Shown: piece by piece, positions 17,721-27,725 of the stretch
Position numbering within the stretch: position 1 is the stretch's first letter
Layout: each line of letters opens with the position of its first letter
Assembly: GCA_964479735.1 (NCBI GenBank)
Contig: CAYZNT010000005.1
Span: 68,194 to 132,193 of the forward strand
Direction: 5' to 3'
Origin: an uncultured Clostridia bacterium
Lineage (GTDB): Bacteria > Acidobacteriota > Aminicenantia > UBA2199
Length of the DNA stretch: 64,000 bases
Notes under the pieces: model-generated
What the model was told of the DNA's origin: nothing
Databases searched by the model: none
Seen by the model: the letters and a program-made list of their open reading frames with translations, nothing else
Program-made: the position numbers and the translations under genes

Positions 17721-20700
17721 AGCGCCTGCTGCCGCTGCTGCCGGCGGCCCTGCTGGCATGGCTGTGGCTGGACGCGGGACGGCCGGTGAGCGTCACGGCG
17801 GTGAGCGGGTTTCTCGACGCCAGGGTGAGAGGGCTGGAAAAAGTCCTGCGGGACGGCCGCGGCCGGCTCATCGCGCGCTCCTCCCGCCTGGCCGCCCGCG
17901 ATCCGGCGGACCGGCTCGACGAGACCCAGCTGCGGCCGCGCGAGGCGCTGTTCACGGTGGAAAACGGAGTCGTGCGCGCCAGCACCGGAGAAATCGCATT
18001 CTTCCGGCGCAGCGAGATCCGACCCGGCGATCTGCAGCTGGTCCGAAAGGGGCATCTCGTCTTCGCCCTGCGGCGGATCTCCGGAACCCTGTACTACCAG
18101 GCGCCTTTCCTCGACCTGGAGGACCCCCGCCTGCTCCACGGCCTGCGCATCGGCGACGCCGCCGTCGCTCTGCAGTTCTCGGCGCGGACGGCGGCCCGCC
18201 CGGCGCCGGGCTTCGAGGCCGACCCGGTTTCGAACCGCTACTTCGTGCGCCGGGTTCTGGACGGCTCCTGCGGACAGCTGATGCTCGACATGACCATCAG
18301 CCGGCAGGACGTGGAGAAGGCCTACCGCCGACGCCACGATGGCTGGATCGACCTGCTGCTGGTGGCGCTGGCGGCCGCCCTGCTGGGGGCCGCCCGGGGT
18401 ACCAGGGCCCGCTGGCCGGCCGGCCTGCTAGCGGGCGCGGCCCTGCTGCTGGCGTTGTGGCGGGCGGTCACGAGGCTGGCCGCCGTCAACATGGGCTGGA
18501 AGCTGGTCGCCACGCTGCCCCCGCTGCAGCGGGTCCAGCACGCCTTCCTGCTGCTGCTGGCGGCGGGCGTGCTGCTCCTGCTGCGGTCGCGCCGCCGGCG
18601 TGGATCCGGGTACGGATGGGCCTTTGCCGCCTTCAACGCCACCGCCGTGATCGCCGCCGGGCTGGCCCCGGCCCTCCTCCGCCACGTCGATTTTCCCTAC
18701 GCCGATTTCGCTCTCCGTCCCGGCTACCTGGGATTGCTGGGCAGCCTGCTGCTGCTGCACCTGCTGCCGCTGCTGGCCGGGTTCGCCGCCCTCCCCGAGA
18801 AGGGCCCGGCGGGGCGCCCGGGCGGGGGCTGGGCGGTGGCCCAGGCGGCCCTGCTGGCCCTCGCCGTGACGGTCCGGGTTCCCGGCTGGGAAATCTGGAT
18901 TCTCCTCTCCGCCTGTTTCGCGCCGCTGCCGCTCGCCCGCGACAGGCTCTGGCCGCGCCTCCTGGCCGGCCTGGCGGCGGCTCTGTCGGTCACCGCCCTG
19001 CTGCTGGCCGGGGACGCGGCGGAGAAGCGGGGATTCATCCGGGATTCCCTGAGCCCCATATTTTCCTCGCAGAGCCACTATGCCAAGCTGGTGGCGAGGG
19101 AGATCATCGGCGTGATCAACGGCCGGCAGGGAGGACCGTACGGCTTCTTCACGGACGCCGGCGTCGACCTCGAGGAGATCTGGCGAAACAGCCTCGCTGC
19201 CCGCGAGAACATCGCCTCCGGCATCTTCGTGCTGGCCCCGGACGGGGGCATGCGCGGGGAATTCCACTACCAGATGCCCTACATCCCGGTGCCGCCGAGG
19301 ACAAACGAGCGCTTCCCGTTCTGGCACGTGCAGGAGGTCCCGGCCGTGCTGTTCGGCCGGACGGTGAGCATGGCGGTGGCCACCATCCATGTGTTCGCCG
19401 AGGGGCGCCTGCTGGGCTCGATCGTGGTCGAGGTGCTGAACTCGCCCGAACTGATCCTGAAGAACCGCGACCAGACGACCATTTTCACTCTCAACCGACG
19501 CATCCGGGGCGAGCAGCTGAGTTATCTTCGGCTGGACGAGGAGGGGCGGGTGATGGAGAACCCCGCCAACCTCAGCGCGGCCGGCTTCCGCCTCCTGCCG
19601 CAGGCCGGCGATCGCTGGGTGTCCTTCCGCGACGGCGGCGCGCGCTATGCCGGCTATGCCTTCCGCCAGCAGGAGCAGACGGTGGTGATCTTCTACCCCG
19701 TGCACTCGCCCATCCGGGTGGTCGCCCTGTTCGTGCGCGCCTTCCTGGCGGCCCTGGTGCTGCTGGCTCTCGGTCACCTGCGCGTCCTGCGGCGGCTCGA
19801 CTGGAAATTCCTCTACCGTTCGTTCTCGGTGAAGGTGTTCCTGATCCTGGTGCTGGTTTCGCTGTCCACGGCGCTGCTGTTCTCCCTCTTCGCCCTCAAC
19901 GCCAACCTCTCCGCCCAGCAGGGCCTGGCCAGGGCGACCGCCTTCGAGCGCGGACGGGTCGCCCAGAACATCGTCCGCAACCTGGCCGCGGAGCGGGGCG
20001 AGATCACCCCCAATCACCTCTTCCTGCTGGCCGGCATCCTGGACGGGGACGTCAGCGTATACGAAAACGGCGTGCTGCTTCACGCTTCCAACTACCGCCA
20101 GGTGATCCGCCTGCAACTGCCCGAATTCCTCCACTCCGGGGTGCGCCGCCTGCTGGAGCAGGCCAACCAGCCGTTCGCCCTCGAGGAGCGCCTCGACGGC
20201 GGCGCCAATCTCTACTTCCGGGTGCCGCCGGCGTACGTCGTGCGCGTGGATATGGCCGGGGGACGCGCCGGCGCCGGGCAGTCGGGACGCGAGCACGTCG
20301 ATTTCACCATTTCCCTGCTTTTCGCCCTGTTGGTGGTCGGGCTGGCCGCCGCCCGGTTCTTCCGCAACCTGATCCTGGCCCCGATCCACGAGCTGAACCG
20401 CGGCATGTCCGGCGTGGAGCGCGGCCAGCTCGAGCCGTTGCCGGACCTGCCCACCGAGACGGAGTTGAAGAGCCTCTACGCGGGATTCAACGCCATGGTC
20501 GAGGGCCTGCGCGAGCAGCGTCGCAGCATCAGCGAGATCGCCCGCATGAAGACCATGATCCAGCTGGGGCGGCGGGTGGCCCACGAGGTGAAGAACCCGC
20601 TGACCCCGATCCGCCTCTCGGCCGAGCAGATCCCCCTGCTTCTCGACGAGCGCGAGACCAACCCCCAGTGGCGGCAGCAGGTCATCCAGGCGGTCCGATT

Positions 20701-21226
20701 CATCACCGAGGAGACCGAGCACCTGCGCCGCGTGGCGTACGGTTTCCTCGACCTGTCCAAGCTCGACGAGATGAGCCCGGAGCCCTTCGCCCTCGGCGAG
20801 ATGGCCGCCCAGGAGCTGGAGAGCCTGCGCCCGATCTACACCGGGGTGCGGCTGCAGATGCGGGCCGGCGGCGAGGATGTGGCCGTATCGGCCGACCGCA
20901 CCAAGATCAAACAGGCGCTGCGCAATCTGGTGGGCAATGCCATCGAGGCGGTGACTCCCGGGCAGGGAATGGTCGAGGTCGCCGTCCGGAGCGAGGGGGG
21001 GTGGGCCGTGCTGGAGGTGCGCGACAACGGGCGCGGCATGAGCCCGGATGAGCTCGCCCTTATCGAGCGCGAGAACTACACGCTGAAGGAAGCGGGAAGC
21101 GGCCTGGGGCTGAGCATCGTGCGGCGCATCGTCGAGCTTCACCACGGCCGGCTGGCCATCGATTCGCAGCCCGGGCAGGGCACCATCGTCACCCTGCGCC
21201 TCGTCCGCCATGATGCGCAAGGCTGA
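17717..21226 (+). CDS. polytopic sensor histidine kinase (large membrane/periplasmic N-terminal region, HAMP, HisKA, HATPase_c)
   Basis: C-terminal HAEVKNPLTPIRLSAEQI (H-box) and LRNLVGNAIEAV...DNGRGM...GSGLGLSIVRRIVELHHG (N/G boxes); HAMP-like FRNLILAPIHELNRGM. More than 10 predicted TM segments upstream. No cognate regulator is adjacent. Confidence 0.85.
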   Translation: MKRLLPLLPAALLAWLWLDAGRPVSVTAVSGFLDARVRGLEKVLRDGRGRLIARSSRLAARDPADRLDETQLRPREALFTVENGVVRASTGEIAFFRRSEIRPGDLQLVRKGHLVFALRRISGTLYYQAPFLDLEDPRLLHGLRIGDAAVALQFSARTAARPAPGFEADPVSNRYFVRRVLDGSCGQLMLDMTISRQDVEKAYRRRHDGWIDLLLVALAAALLGAARGTRARWPAGLLAGAALLLALWRAVTRLAAVNMGWKLVATLPPLQRVQHAFLLLLAAGVLLLLRSRRRRGSGYGWAFAAFNATAVIAAGLAPALLRHVDFPYADFALRPGYLGLLGSLLLLHLLPLLAGFAALPEKGPAGRPGGGWAVAQAALLALAVTVRVPGWEIWILLSACFAPLPLARDRLWPRLLAGLAAALSVTALLLAGDAAEKRGFIRDSLSPIFSSQSHYAKLVAREIIGVINGRQGGPYGFFTDAGVDLEEIWRNSLAARENIASGIFVLAPDGGMRGEFHYQMPYIPVPPRTNERFPFWHVQEVPAVLFGRTVSMAVATIHVFAEGRLLGSIVVEVLNSPELILKNRDQTTIFTLNRRIRGEQLSYLRLDEEGRVMENPANLSAAGFRLLPQAGDRWVSFRDGGARYAGYAFRQQEQTVVIFYPVHSPIRVVALFVRAFLAALVLLALGHLRVLRRLDWKFLYRSFSVKVFLILVLVSLSTALLFSLFALNANLSAQQGLARATAFERGRVAQNIVRNLAAERGEITPNHLFLLAGILDGDVSVYENGVLLHASNYRQVIRLQLPEFLHSGVRRLLEQANQPFALEERLDGGANLYFRVPPAYVVRVDMAGGRAGAGQSGREHVDFTISLLFALLVVGLAAARFFRNLILAPIHELNRGMSGVERGQLEPLPDLPTETELKSLYAGFNAMVEGLREQRRSISEIARMKTMIQLGRRVAHEVKNPLTPIRLSAEQIPLLLDERETNPQWRQQVIQAVRFITEETEHLRRVAYGFLDLSKLDEMSPEPFALGEMAAQELESLRPIYTGVRLQMRAGGEDVAVSADRTKIKQALRNLVGNAIEAVTPGQGMVEVAVRSEGGWAVLEVRDNGRGMSPDELALIERENYTLKEAGSGLGLSIVRRIVELHHGRLAIDSQPGQGTIVTLRLVRHDAQG

Positions 21227-22112
21227 GCCTCTCCGCCCCGGGGACCGGGTGGGCATCTTCATGCCCTCGTCGCCGGCGCGCGAGCCGTTCCGATCCCTCG
21301 GCCTGGAGGCGGTGCGAGGCCTCGGGCTCGAACCCGTCGAGGTGGCCGGGGCCCTGGACGCGGACGGCTTCCGCTCGCGGACGCCGGCACGGGCACTGAC
21401 CGAGCTGCAGGCGTTCTGGGACGATCCCGCGGTGCGGGTGTTGTGGGCCGGGCGCGGGGGCTACGGGGCCAACCACCTGCTGCCGCTGTTGCACCAACTG
21501 CGGACCCGCCGCCCCAAATTGGTCGTCGGCTCCTCCGACGTCTCCTACCTGCTGTGGTACCTGCTGGACCGGCGCCGGCTGGTGGTCTTTTACGGCCCGA
21601 TGGTCTATTCCACCCTGGCCGGGGGCCGATCCGACCCGGACAGCCTGTGGCGCGCCCTGGGGGGCGGAAAGCGGGCGGTCGTGCCCGGGACCGTGCTGCG
21701 CGCGGGGCGGGCGCGCGCGCCGCTCACCGGGGGCTGCCTGACCAACCTGGCCTCGCTGGCCGGCACGCCCTACCGGCCGCGCACCCGCGGCCGCATCCTG
21801 CTGCTGGAAGACGTCAACGAGCGCCCCTACCGCCTCGACCGGCTCGTCTGGCAGCTGCGCCACGCCGGCATGCTGGACGGCGTGGCCGGGGTGGCTCTGG
21901 GCCGCTTTCCGGGATGCTTCCGAAACGAGGGGGAGCGGGACGATTTCCACCGGCGGCTCCTGGATCTCCTGCCGCCGGGGCTGCCGGTCGTCGGCGATCT
22001 GCCCCTGGGCCACGGCGACGACTGCCACACCGTGCCGCTGGGCGTGGAGGCGGAGATCGGGGGCCGGAACTGCGCGGGGCTGTGCGTCATCGAGAGCGGG
22101 GTGCGGGAATGA
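21210..22112 (+). CDS. ldcA: LD-carboxypeptidase (S66 family)
   Basis: PGDRVGIFMPSSPA...VRVLWAGRGGYGAN is the S66 signature. Overlaps the kinase 3' end by 17 nt. Confidence 0.85.
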   Translation: MMRKAEPLRPGDRVGIFMPSSPAREPFRSLGLEAVRGLGLEPVEVAGALDADGFRSRTPARALTELQAFWDDPAVRVLWAGRGGYGANHLLPLLHQLRTRRPKLVVGSSDVSYLLWYLLDRRRLVVFYGPMVYSTLAGGRSDPDSLWRALGGGKRAVVPGTVLRAGRARAPLTGGCLTNLASLAGTPYRPRTRGRILLLEDVNERPYRLDRLVWQLRHAGMLDGVAGVALGRFPGCFRNEGERDDFHRRLLDLLPPGLPVVGDLPLGHGDDCHTVPLGVEAEIGGRNCAGLCVIESGVRE

Positions 22113-23509
22113 AAAAAGTCCACCTGAGCGGCATCGCCGGCACGGGCATGAGCGCCCTGGCCGGGCTGTTCAAGCGCCGCGGCTGGATCGTCTCCGGATC
22201 CGACCAGAACGTCTACCCGCCGGTCGACCGGCTACTGGCCGACCTGCATGTCGCGGTGCGCCCGGGCTACGCGGCAGCCCACGTGCCGCCCGACGTCGAT
22301 TTGTGCGTATTGGGCAACGTGCTGTCGCGCGGCAACCCGGAGGCAGAACACGTGCTCGCCGCCGGGTACGACTACCTCTCCATGCCCGAGGCGCTCTACC
22401 GCCATTTCATCCGCGGCCGCCAGTCGGTCGTCGTCGCCGGCTGCCACGGCAAGACGACCATCACCTCGTTCGTCGCCTTCCTGCTCCATCACGCCGGCCT
22501 GCGCCCGGGCTTTTTCGTCGGCGGCAAGCCGGCCGACTTCACGGCCAACTTCCGCCTGGCCCGCGGCGACTACTTCGTGTCCGAGGGCGACGAGTACGAG
22601 ACCGCCTTCTTCGACCGCACCTCGAAGTTCCTCAAGTACCGGCCGAAGCAGCTCCTGCTGACGGCCATGGAGCACGACCACCTCGATTTCTTTCCCACCC
22701 CCGAGCGATACCTGCAGAGCTTCATGCAGCTGGTCGACCAGGTGCCCGGCAACGGCGTGATCGTGTCGAACCTCGACTACGAGATGAATCGGCTGGCGCT
22801 GGCCCGCGCCTGCGCCCCGGTGCTGACCTACGGCGGCCCGGGCGCCGATTTCGAGATCGGCGGCCTGCGCGAGGAGCCGGGAGGGTACGCCTTCACCCTC
22901 CGCCACCGAAGCCGGGAGTGGCCATTCCGCACCCGTCTGGACGGGCGCTACAACGCCTGGAACCTGGCGGCGGGCATCGCCCTGGGCCACCACCTCGGCC
23001 TTCCGCTGGACCTCATGCAAAGGGCGGTCGCGGCCTTCCGGGGTGTGGAGCGCCGCCTGGGAGTCCTGCGAAAAAGCGGCGAAACCGTCTTTCTGGAGGA
23101 TTTCGCCCACCATCCGACGGCCATCGCCAGCGTGCTGTCCAGCCTGCGCGCCCGCCACCCCGGGGCCAGACTGGTGGCGGTGTTCGAGCCTCGCTCGGCG
23201 ACCCTGCGCCGCAACGTCTTCCAGGCGCGGCTGACGGACGCCCTGGCCGCGGCCGACGAAGTCGCGCTGATGGACGTCTGGCTGAAGGAGAGAATCTCCC
23301 CGGAGGAGAGGCTCGACACGGCGGAGCTGGTCGAAGAGCTGAACCGGCGCGGACGCCGCGCCGTTCTCTGCCCCGACTACGGGGCGGTGCGCGGGTTCCT
23401 GAAGGGGCTGCGCCTGGACGGACCGCAGCGGGTCGTCCTCTTCTCCAACGGGGGCTTCGGGGGCATCCCCGCCTGGGTGAGGGACGGATTGAAGGAAAAA
23501 CCGGACTAG
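22109..23509 (+). CDS. mpl: UDP-N-acetylmuramate:L-alanyl-gamma-D-glutamyl-meso-DAP ligase
   Basis: MKKVHLSGIAGTGMSALAGLF, GCHGKTTITSFVAF and EHDHLDFF are Mur-ligase/Mpl motifs. ATGA overlap with ldcA. Confidence 0.9.
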   Translation: MKKVHLSGIAGTGMSALAGLFKRRGWIVSGSDQNVYPPVDRLLADLHVAVRPGYAAAHVPPDVDLCVLGNVLSRGNPEAEHVLAAGYDYLSMPEALYRHFIRGRQSVVVAGCHGKTTITSFVAFLLHHAGLRPGFFVGGKPADFTANFRLARGDYFVSEGDEYETAFFDRTSKFLKYRPKQLLLTAMEHDHLDFFPTPERYLQSFMQLVDQVPGNGVIVSNLDYEMNRLALARACAPVLTYGGPGADFEIGGLREEPGGYAFTLRHRSREWPFRTRLDGRYNAWNLAAGIALGHHLGLPLDLMQRAVAAFRGVERRLGVLRKSGETVFLEDFAHHPTAIASVLSSLRARHPGARLVAVFEPRSATLRRNVFQARLTDALAAADEVALMDVWLKERISPEERLDTAELVEELNRRGRRAVLCPDYGAVRGFLKGLRLDGPQRVVLFSNGGFGGIPAWVRDGLKEKPD

Positions 23510-24084
23510 CGGTTTTCGGGCGAGGTCAGCAGCGACATCGCTTCCTGGCGCGGGCCGGTGTCTTCGCGGAACACGCCCCGCACCGCCGAGGTGACGGTCA
23601 GCGATCCCGGCTTTTTGACCCCCCTCATGGTCATGCAGAGGTGCTCCGCCTTGATGACCACCATCACCCCCAGCGGATCGAGGGCGTCGACCAGGTAGTC
23701 GGCGATCTGCTTGGTCAGCCGCTCCTGGATCTGCAGCCTCCTGGCCAGGAAGTCGACCAGGTGGCCGATGGTGTTCAGCCCCATGATGCGGCCCTTCTTG
23801 GGAATGTAGGCGACCGAGGCCCGGCCGGAGAAGGGGAGCAGGTGGTGCTCGCACATCGAGTAGATGGGAATGTCCTTGAGGATCACCATCTCGTCGTGCT
23901 TCTCCTCGGTGAGCGTCTTGAGGAATTCGGACGGGTCGCGCCCGGTGGAAGCCAGCACCTCGGCGAACATGGCGGCGGCGCGCTCCGGGGTCTCGCGCAG
24001 GCGCCCGGAGCCGGTCTCCTCGCCGAGCCCCTCCAGGATGAGCCGCACGCCCTTCTTGATCATCTCCATGTCCATGGGTTTCAT
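23506..24084 (-). CDS. folE: GTP cyclohydrolase I
   Basis: MCEHHLLPF...GHLVDFLARRLQIQERLT is the FolE signature. It is the C-terminal 192 aa of a longer track ORF. Confidence 0.9.
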   Translation of the reverse strand: MKPMDMEMIKKGVRLILEGLGEETGSGRLRETPERAAAMFAEVLASTGRDPSEFLKTLTEEKHDEMVILKDIPIYSMCEHHLLPFSGRASVAYIPKKGRIMGLNTIGHLVDFLARRLQIQERLTKQIADYLVDALDPLGVMVVIKAEHLCMTMRGVKKPGSLTVTSAVRGVFREDTGPRQEAMSLLTSPENR

Positions 24085-24821
24085 CCCTTCGCTCCCTGAA
24101 GCGCCCGGTCGATCCGGCTCAGCACGCTCCCGGCGGCCCCGGCCAGGCGGATGGTCACCGCGTCGGAGAGGGGCGTCTCGTCCGGGTTGATCTCGATCAC
24201 GCAGGCGCCATTCCCCAGGGCCTGCACCGGCATGTCCGCGGCCGGGTAGACCAGCGCCGAGGTCCCGATCACCAGCATCACGTCGCAGGCCTCGACCAGC
24301 TCTCCGGCCTTCTGCAGCGCGGCCCGCGGCAGGTCCTCCCCGAACCAGACGATGTGGGGCCGCAGCAGCGCCCCGCAACGCGGGCACTGGGGCGGGATCT
24401 CCGGCAGCGGAACCCGCAGATCCTCGGCGATGGTCCCCTCCCGGGTGCAGCGGGTCTGCCAGATGTTCCCGTGCAGCTCCACCATCCGCTTCGATCCGGC
24501 CCTCTGGTGCAACCCGTCCACGTTCTGGGTGACCACGAAAAGTCGCTCGAAGCGGTCTTCCCAGGCGGACAGCACCCGGTGCGCCGGGTTCGGCTCACAG
24601 GCGGAGATGGCCCGGCGGCGCTCGTCGTACCACTCCCAGACCAGCTTCGGGTCGCGGGCGAAGGCCTCGGGGGTGGCCAGCTCCGCGGCGCGATGCCGTC
24701 TCCAGTACCCGTTCTCCCCGCGGAAGGTGGGCACCCCGCTCTCGGCCGAGATGCCGGCCCCGCTCAGCGCCAAAAGATTCTTGGCACCGCGGATCGCTTC
24801 CACGGCCTCGATCAGTCCCAT
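24081..24821 (-). CDS. cobB: NAD-dependent protein deacylase (Sir2/CobB family)
   Basis: GAGISAESGVPTFRG, QNVDGLHQRAG and Zn-ribbon CPRCG. Start chosen at MGLIEAVEA (24821); overlaps the folE start by 4 nt. Confidence 0.85.
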   Translation of the reverse strand: MGLIEAVEAIRGAKNLLALSGAGISAESGVPTFRGENGYWRRHRAAELATPEAFARDPKLVWEWYDERRRAISACEPNPAHRVLSAWEDRFERLFVVTQNVDGLHQRAGSKRMVELHGNIWQTRCTREGTIAEDLRVPLPEIPPQCPRCGALLRPHIVWFGEDLPRAALQKAGELVEACDVMLVIGTSALVYPAADMPVQALGNGACVIEINPDETPLSDAVTIRLAGAAGSVLSRIDRALQGAKG

Positions 24822-25073
24822 GGCGGAGTTTATAGCATCCGCGCCCGGGAGAGTCAAGGAAAGCGCCGGACCACTTGTCCAGTCGTCGCATCTCGCTGGA
24901 AGCGTTTCATGCAGCCCCGAACAGGCTTTCAACCCCCTTTTTCCAGAAAAAAAGCAATGGAATCGAAGCGGATAACGCTCATCCGCAGGAAAAGATACGC
25001 CGGCACCTGAATGGCATTCTCAGTTCCGTGCAAATTGGCTAGAATAGTCGTGAACGTATCGAAGGAGAGACAC

Positions 25074-27725
25074 ATGAACTGGCACCAGTTCGAAGCGGCG
25101 GATGTTCTGCTGGCGATGGAGTCTTCAGGACATGGGCTGACGGAAGCCGAAGCCCGCGATCGTCTGCAGCAATACGGCCCCAACAAGCTCGCCGAGGAAG
25201 AGCGCATTGGCAGGCTGAAAATTGTTCTTCACCAGTTCGCGAGTCCCTTGATATACATATTGCTGCTGGCGGCGGTCGTCACCTTCTTCCTGCAAGAATT
25301 CATTGATACCGGAGTCATTCTGGCGGTCGTCGGTCTCAACGCCGTCATCGGCTATACGCAGGAATACAAGGCGGAGCAGGGAGTGAGGGCGCTCAAGAGG
25401 CTCCTCGTCTCAAAAGCGAGGGTGGTCAGGGATGGCCACGAGAAGGAGATCGATGGGGCGGAACTGGTCCCCGGCGACGTCGTGTTGCTCGCTTCAGGGG
25501 CGCGGGCTCCAGCCGATCTCAGGCTTTTGCATGTCAATGAGTTGCGCGTGGATGAGGCGATGTTGACGGGAGAGTCGCTGCCCGTGGAGAAGAAGATCCA
25601 CGCCATCGCGGATGAGAACATTACCCCTGCCGACCAGATCAACATGGCCTTCATGGGCACGGCCGTGGTGAACGGACGGGCCCGCGGCGTCGTGGTCGCA
25701 ACCGGCAGCAAATCCGTTCTGGGACAGATCGCCGGAGACGTCCGCGACATCGGCGCAACCAAGGCGCCGGTTCAGGAGAAAATCGAGAGACTCGCCAGGA
25801 TCGTCGGCATGTACGTCATGGCGGCATCAGCCGCCCTCTTCGGAGTGGGCCTCGCGCTGGGAGAGAACGCAACGGAGATGTTCATGGTGGCCGTCGCAAC
25901 CGCCGTGGCCGCCATCCCGGAAGGTCTGCCGATCGTGGTCACTATCGCCATGGCGGTCGGGGTCGCGCGCATGGCCAAGAACCATGCCATCATCAGAAAG
26001 CTCGCGGCGGTGGAAACCCTCGGCAGCACAACGGTCATCTGCTCCGACAAGACCGGCACCCTCACGAAGAATGAAATGACGGTAACCAGCGTTTACGATG
26101 GCAAGACCGCCTATTCGGTCAGCGGCATCGGGTATGAGCCGGCGGGCGGGATAATCGCGGAGGGGGGAGACATGGCCGGCAGCGATGCCGAAGCCCTCCG
26201 CAGGCTGCTCCGGATCGGTCTGCTTTGCAACGAATCCGACCTCTATGAGGTGGAGGGGAGATACAAGGTCGACGGAGATCCCACCGAGGGCGCGTTGATC
26301 GTGTCAGCCTTGAAAGGCGGGCTTGCATGCGAGGATGAGAAAGCCCGTCATGAGCAGGTCGCGATGGTCCCCTTCGAGTCGGAGCGCGGTTTCATGGCCA
26401 CGCTCAACCGGAGCGAGGGGGGCAATGTCGTGTATGTGAAAGGCGCCCCCGAACGGGTGGTCGGCATGGCGGGGGATGACCCGTCGGTGAAAGAAGAATA
26501 CCTGCGGCAGGCCCGGGAGCTTGCATCGAAGGGCATGAGGGTGCTGGCTTTTGCCTGGAAGCCAGTGGCAGCCGACGTGGACGAGCTCAGCCACCACGAC
26601 GCCGAGACCGGGTTGACCCTTGCCGGATTGCAGGGCATGATCGATCCGCCGAGACCGGAGGTGATCGAAGCGATCCGGGGCTGCCGCAAAGCGGGCATCC
26701 GGGTGGTGATGATCACCGGAGATCACGCGGACACGGCGGCGGCCATCGGCCGCGAGCTTGGCATCGTCGAGGGCGATCCGGCCGTTCTCACCGGCCGGGA
26801 GCTCGAGGCCATGAGCGACGACGAACTCTATGAAACGATCCAGAGGGTTCCCGTCTACGCCAGGGTGGCGCCGGACCAAAAGCTTCGCATTACCCGGCAG
26901 CTGAAACGGCGTGGGGAGATTGTTGCGATGACCGGGGACGGCGTGAATGACGCCCCGGCGCTCAAGGCCGCGCACCTGGGCATCGCCATGGGAATCACGG
27001 GCACCGATGTGGCCAAAGAGGCGTCGGACATGATTCTGGCGGACGACAACTTTGCCAACATATTCAAGGCCGTTCGCGAAGGCAGGATTGTGTTTGACAA
27101 CCTGCGCAAGGCGATATTCTTCCTTCTGCCAACCGGCCTGGCGGCCATCCTTTCGATACTGGCCGCAATGATTCTCGATGTCCCGATTCCCTACCTGGCC
27201 GCCCAGCTGCTCTGGGTAAACCTCGTGACCAACGGGCTCCAGGATGTGGCGTTGGCGTTCGAACCGGGAGAGAAGGGAATCATCGATCGGAAGCCCCGCG
27301 ATCCGCATGAGGGAATCCTGTCGAGGCTGCTTTTCGAGCGAATGCTGCTGATCGGAATCGTCATCGCCGCCGGTGTGATCTACGCGTACCTCCGGGCGCT
27401 CCACAGCGGCGGTTCCGTCGAGCATGCGCGCACCGTGGCGGTCACCACCATGGTTTTCTTCCAGTTCTTCCAGGCCTGGAATTCCCGCTCCGAGCATGCG
27501 TCGGTTCTTTCCATGAATCCGCTCGGCAACAAGTTTCTTTTCTACAGCATGATCGCGGCCGCCCTGGCCCAGATCGCCTTCATTTTCGCGCCGCCCCTGC
27601 AGTGGGTCTTCCGGACGGAGGCGATCACCCATGCCGATCTCGCTCACATCGTTGCGGTGGCGTTTTCGGTCGTGGTGGTGGTTGAGGTGGACAAATGGCT
27701 CAGGCGGCGGAAAGCGGCCGCTTGA
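25074..27725 (+). CDS. P-type cation-transporting ATPase (type II, Ca2+/Mg2+-like)
   Basis: DKTGTLT phosphorylation site, TGES, MTGDGVNDAPAL, 10-TM topology. GGAGAG lies before the ATG. GC content and codon use (TTG, ATA, AAA) are visibly lower than in neighbouring genes. Confidence 0.9.
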   Translation: MNWHQFEAADVLLAMESSGHGLTEAEARDRLQQYGPNKLAEEERIGRLKIVLHQFASPLIYILLLAAVVTFFLQEFIDTGVILAVVGLNAVIGYTQEYKAEQGVRALKRLLVSKARVVRDGHEKEIDGAELVPGDVVLLASGARAPADLRLLHVNELRVDEAMLTGESLPVEKKIHAIADENITPADQINMAFMGTAVVNGRARGVVVATGSKSVLGQIAGDVRDIGATKAPVQEKIERLARIVGMYVMAASAALFGVGLALGENATEMFMVAVATAVAAIPEGLPIVVTIAMAVGVARMAKNHAIIRKLAAVETLGSTTVICSDKTGTLTKNEMTVTSVYDGKTAYSVSGIGYEPAGGIIAEGGDMAGSDAEALRRLLRIGLLCNESDLYEVEGRYKVDGDPTEGALIVSALKGGLACEDEKARHEQVAMVPFESERGFMATLNRSEGGNVVYVKGAPERVVGMAGDDPSVKEEYLRQARELASKGMRVLAFAWKPVAADVDELSHHDAETGLTLAGLQGMIDPPRPEVIEAIRGCRKAGIRVVMITGDHADTAAAIGRELGIVEGDPAVLTGRELEAMSDDELYETIQRVPVYARVAPDQKLRITRQLKRRGEIVAMTGDGVNDAPALKAAHLGIAMGITGTDVAKEASDMILADDNFANIFKAVREGRIVFDNLRKAIFFLLPTGLAAILSILAAMILDVPIPYLAAQLLWVNLVTNGLQDVALAFEPGEKGIIDRKPRDPHEGILSRLLFERMLLIGIVIAAGVIYAYLRALHSGGSVEHARTVAVTTMVFFQFFQAWNSRSEHASVLSMNPLGNKFLFYSMIAAALAQIAFIFAPPLQWVFRTEAITHADLAHIVAVAFSVVVVVEVDKWLRRRKAAA

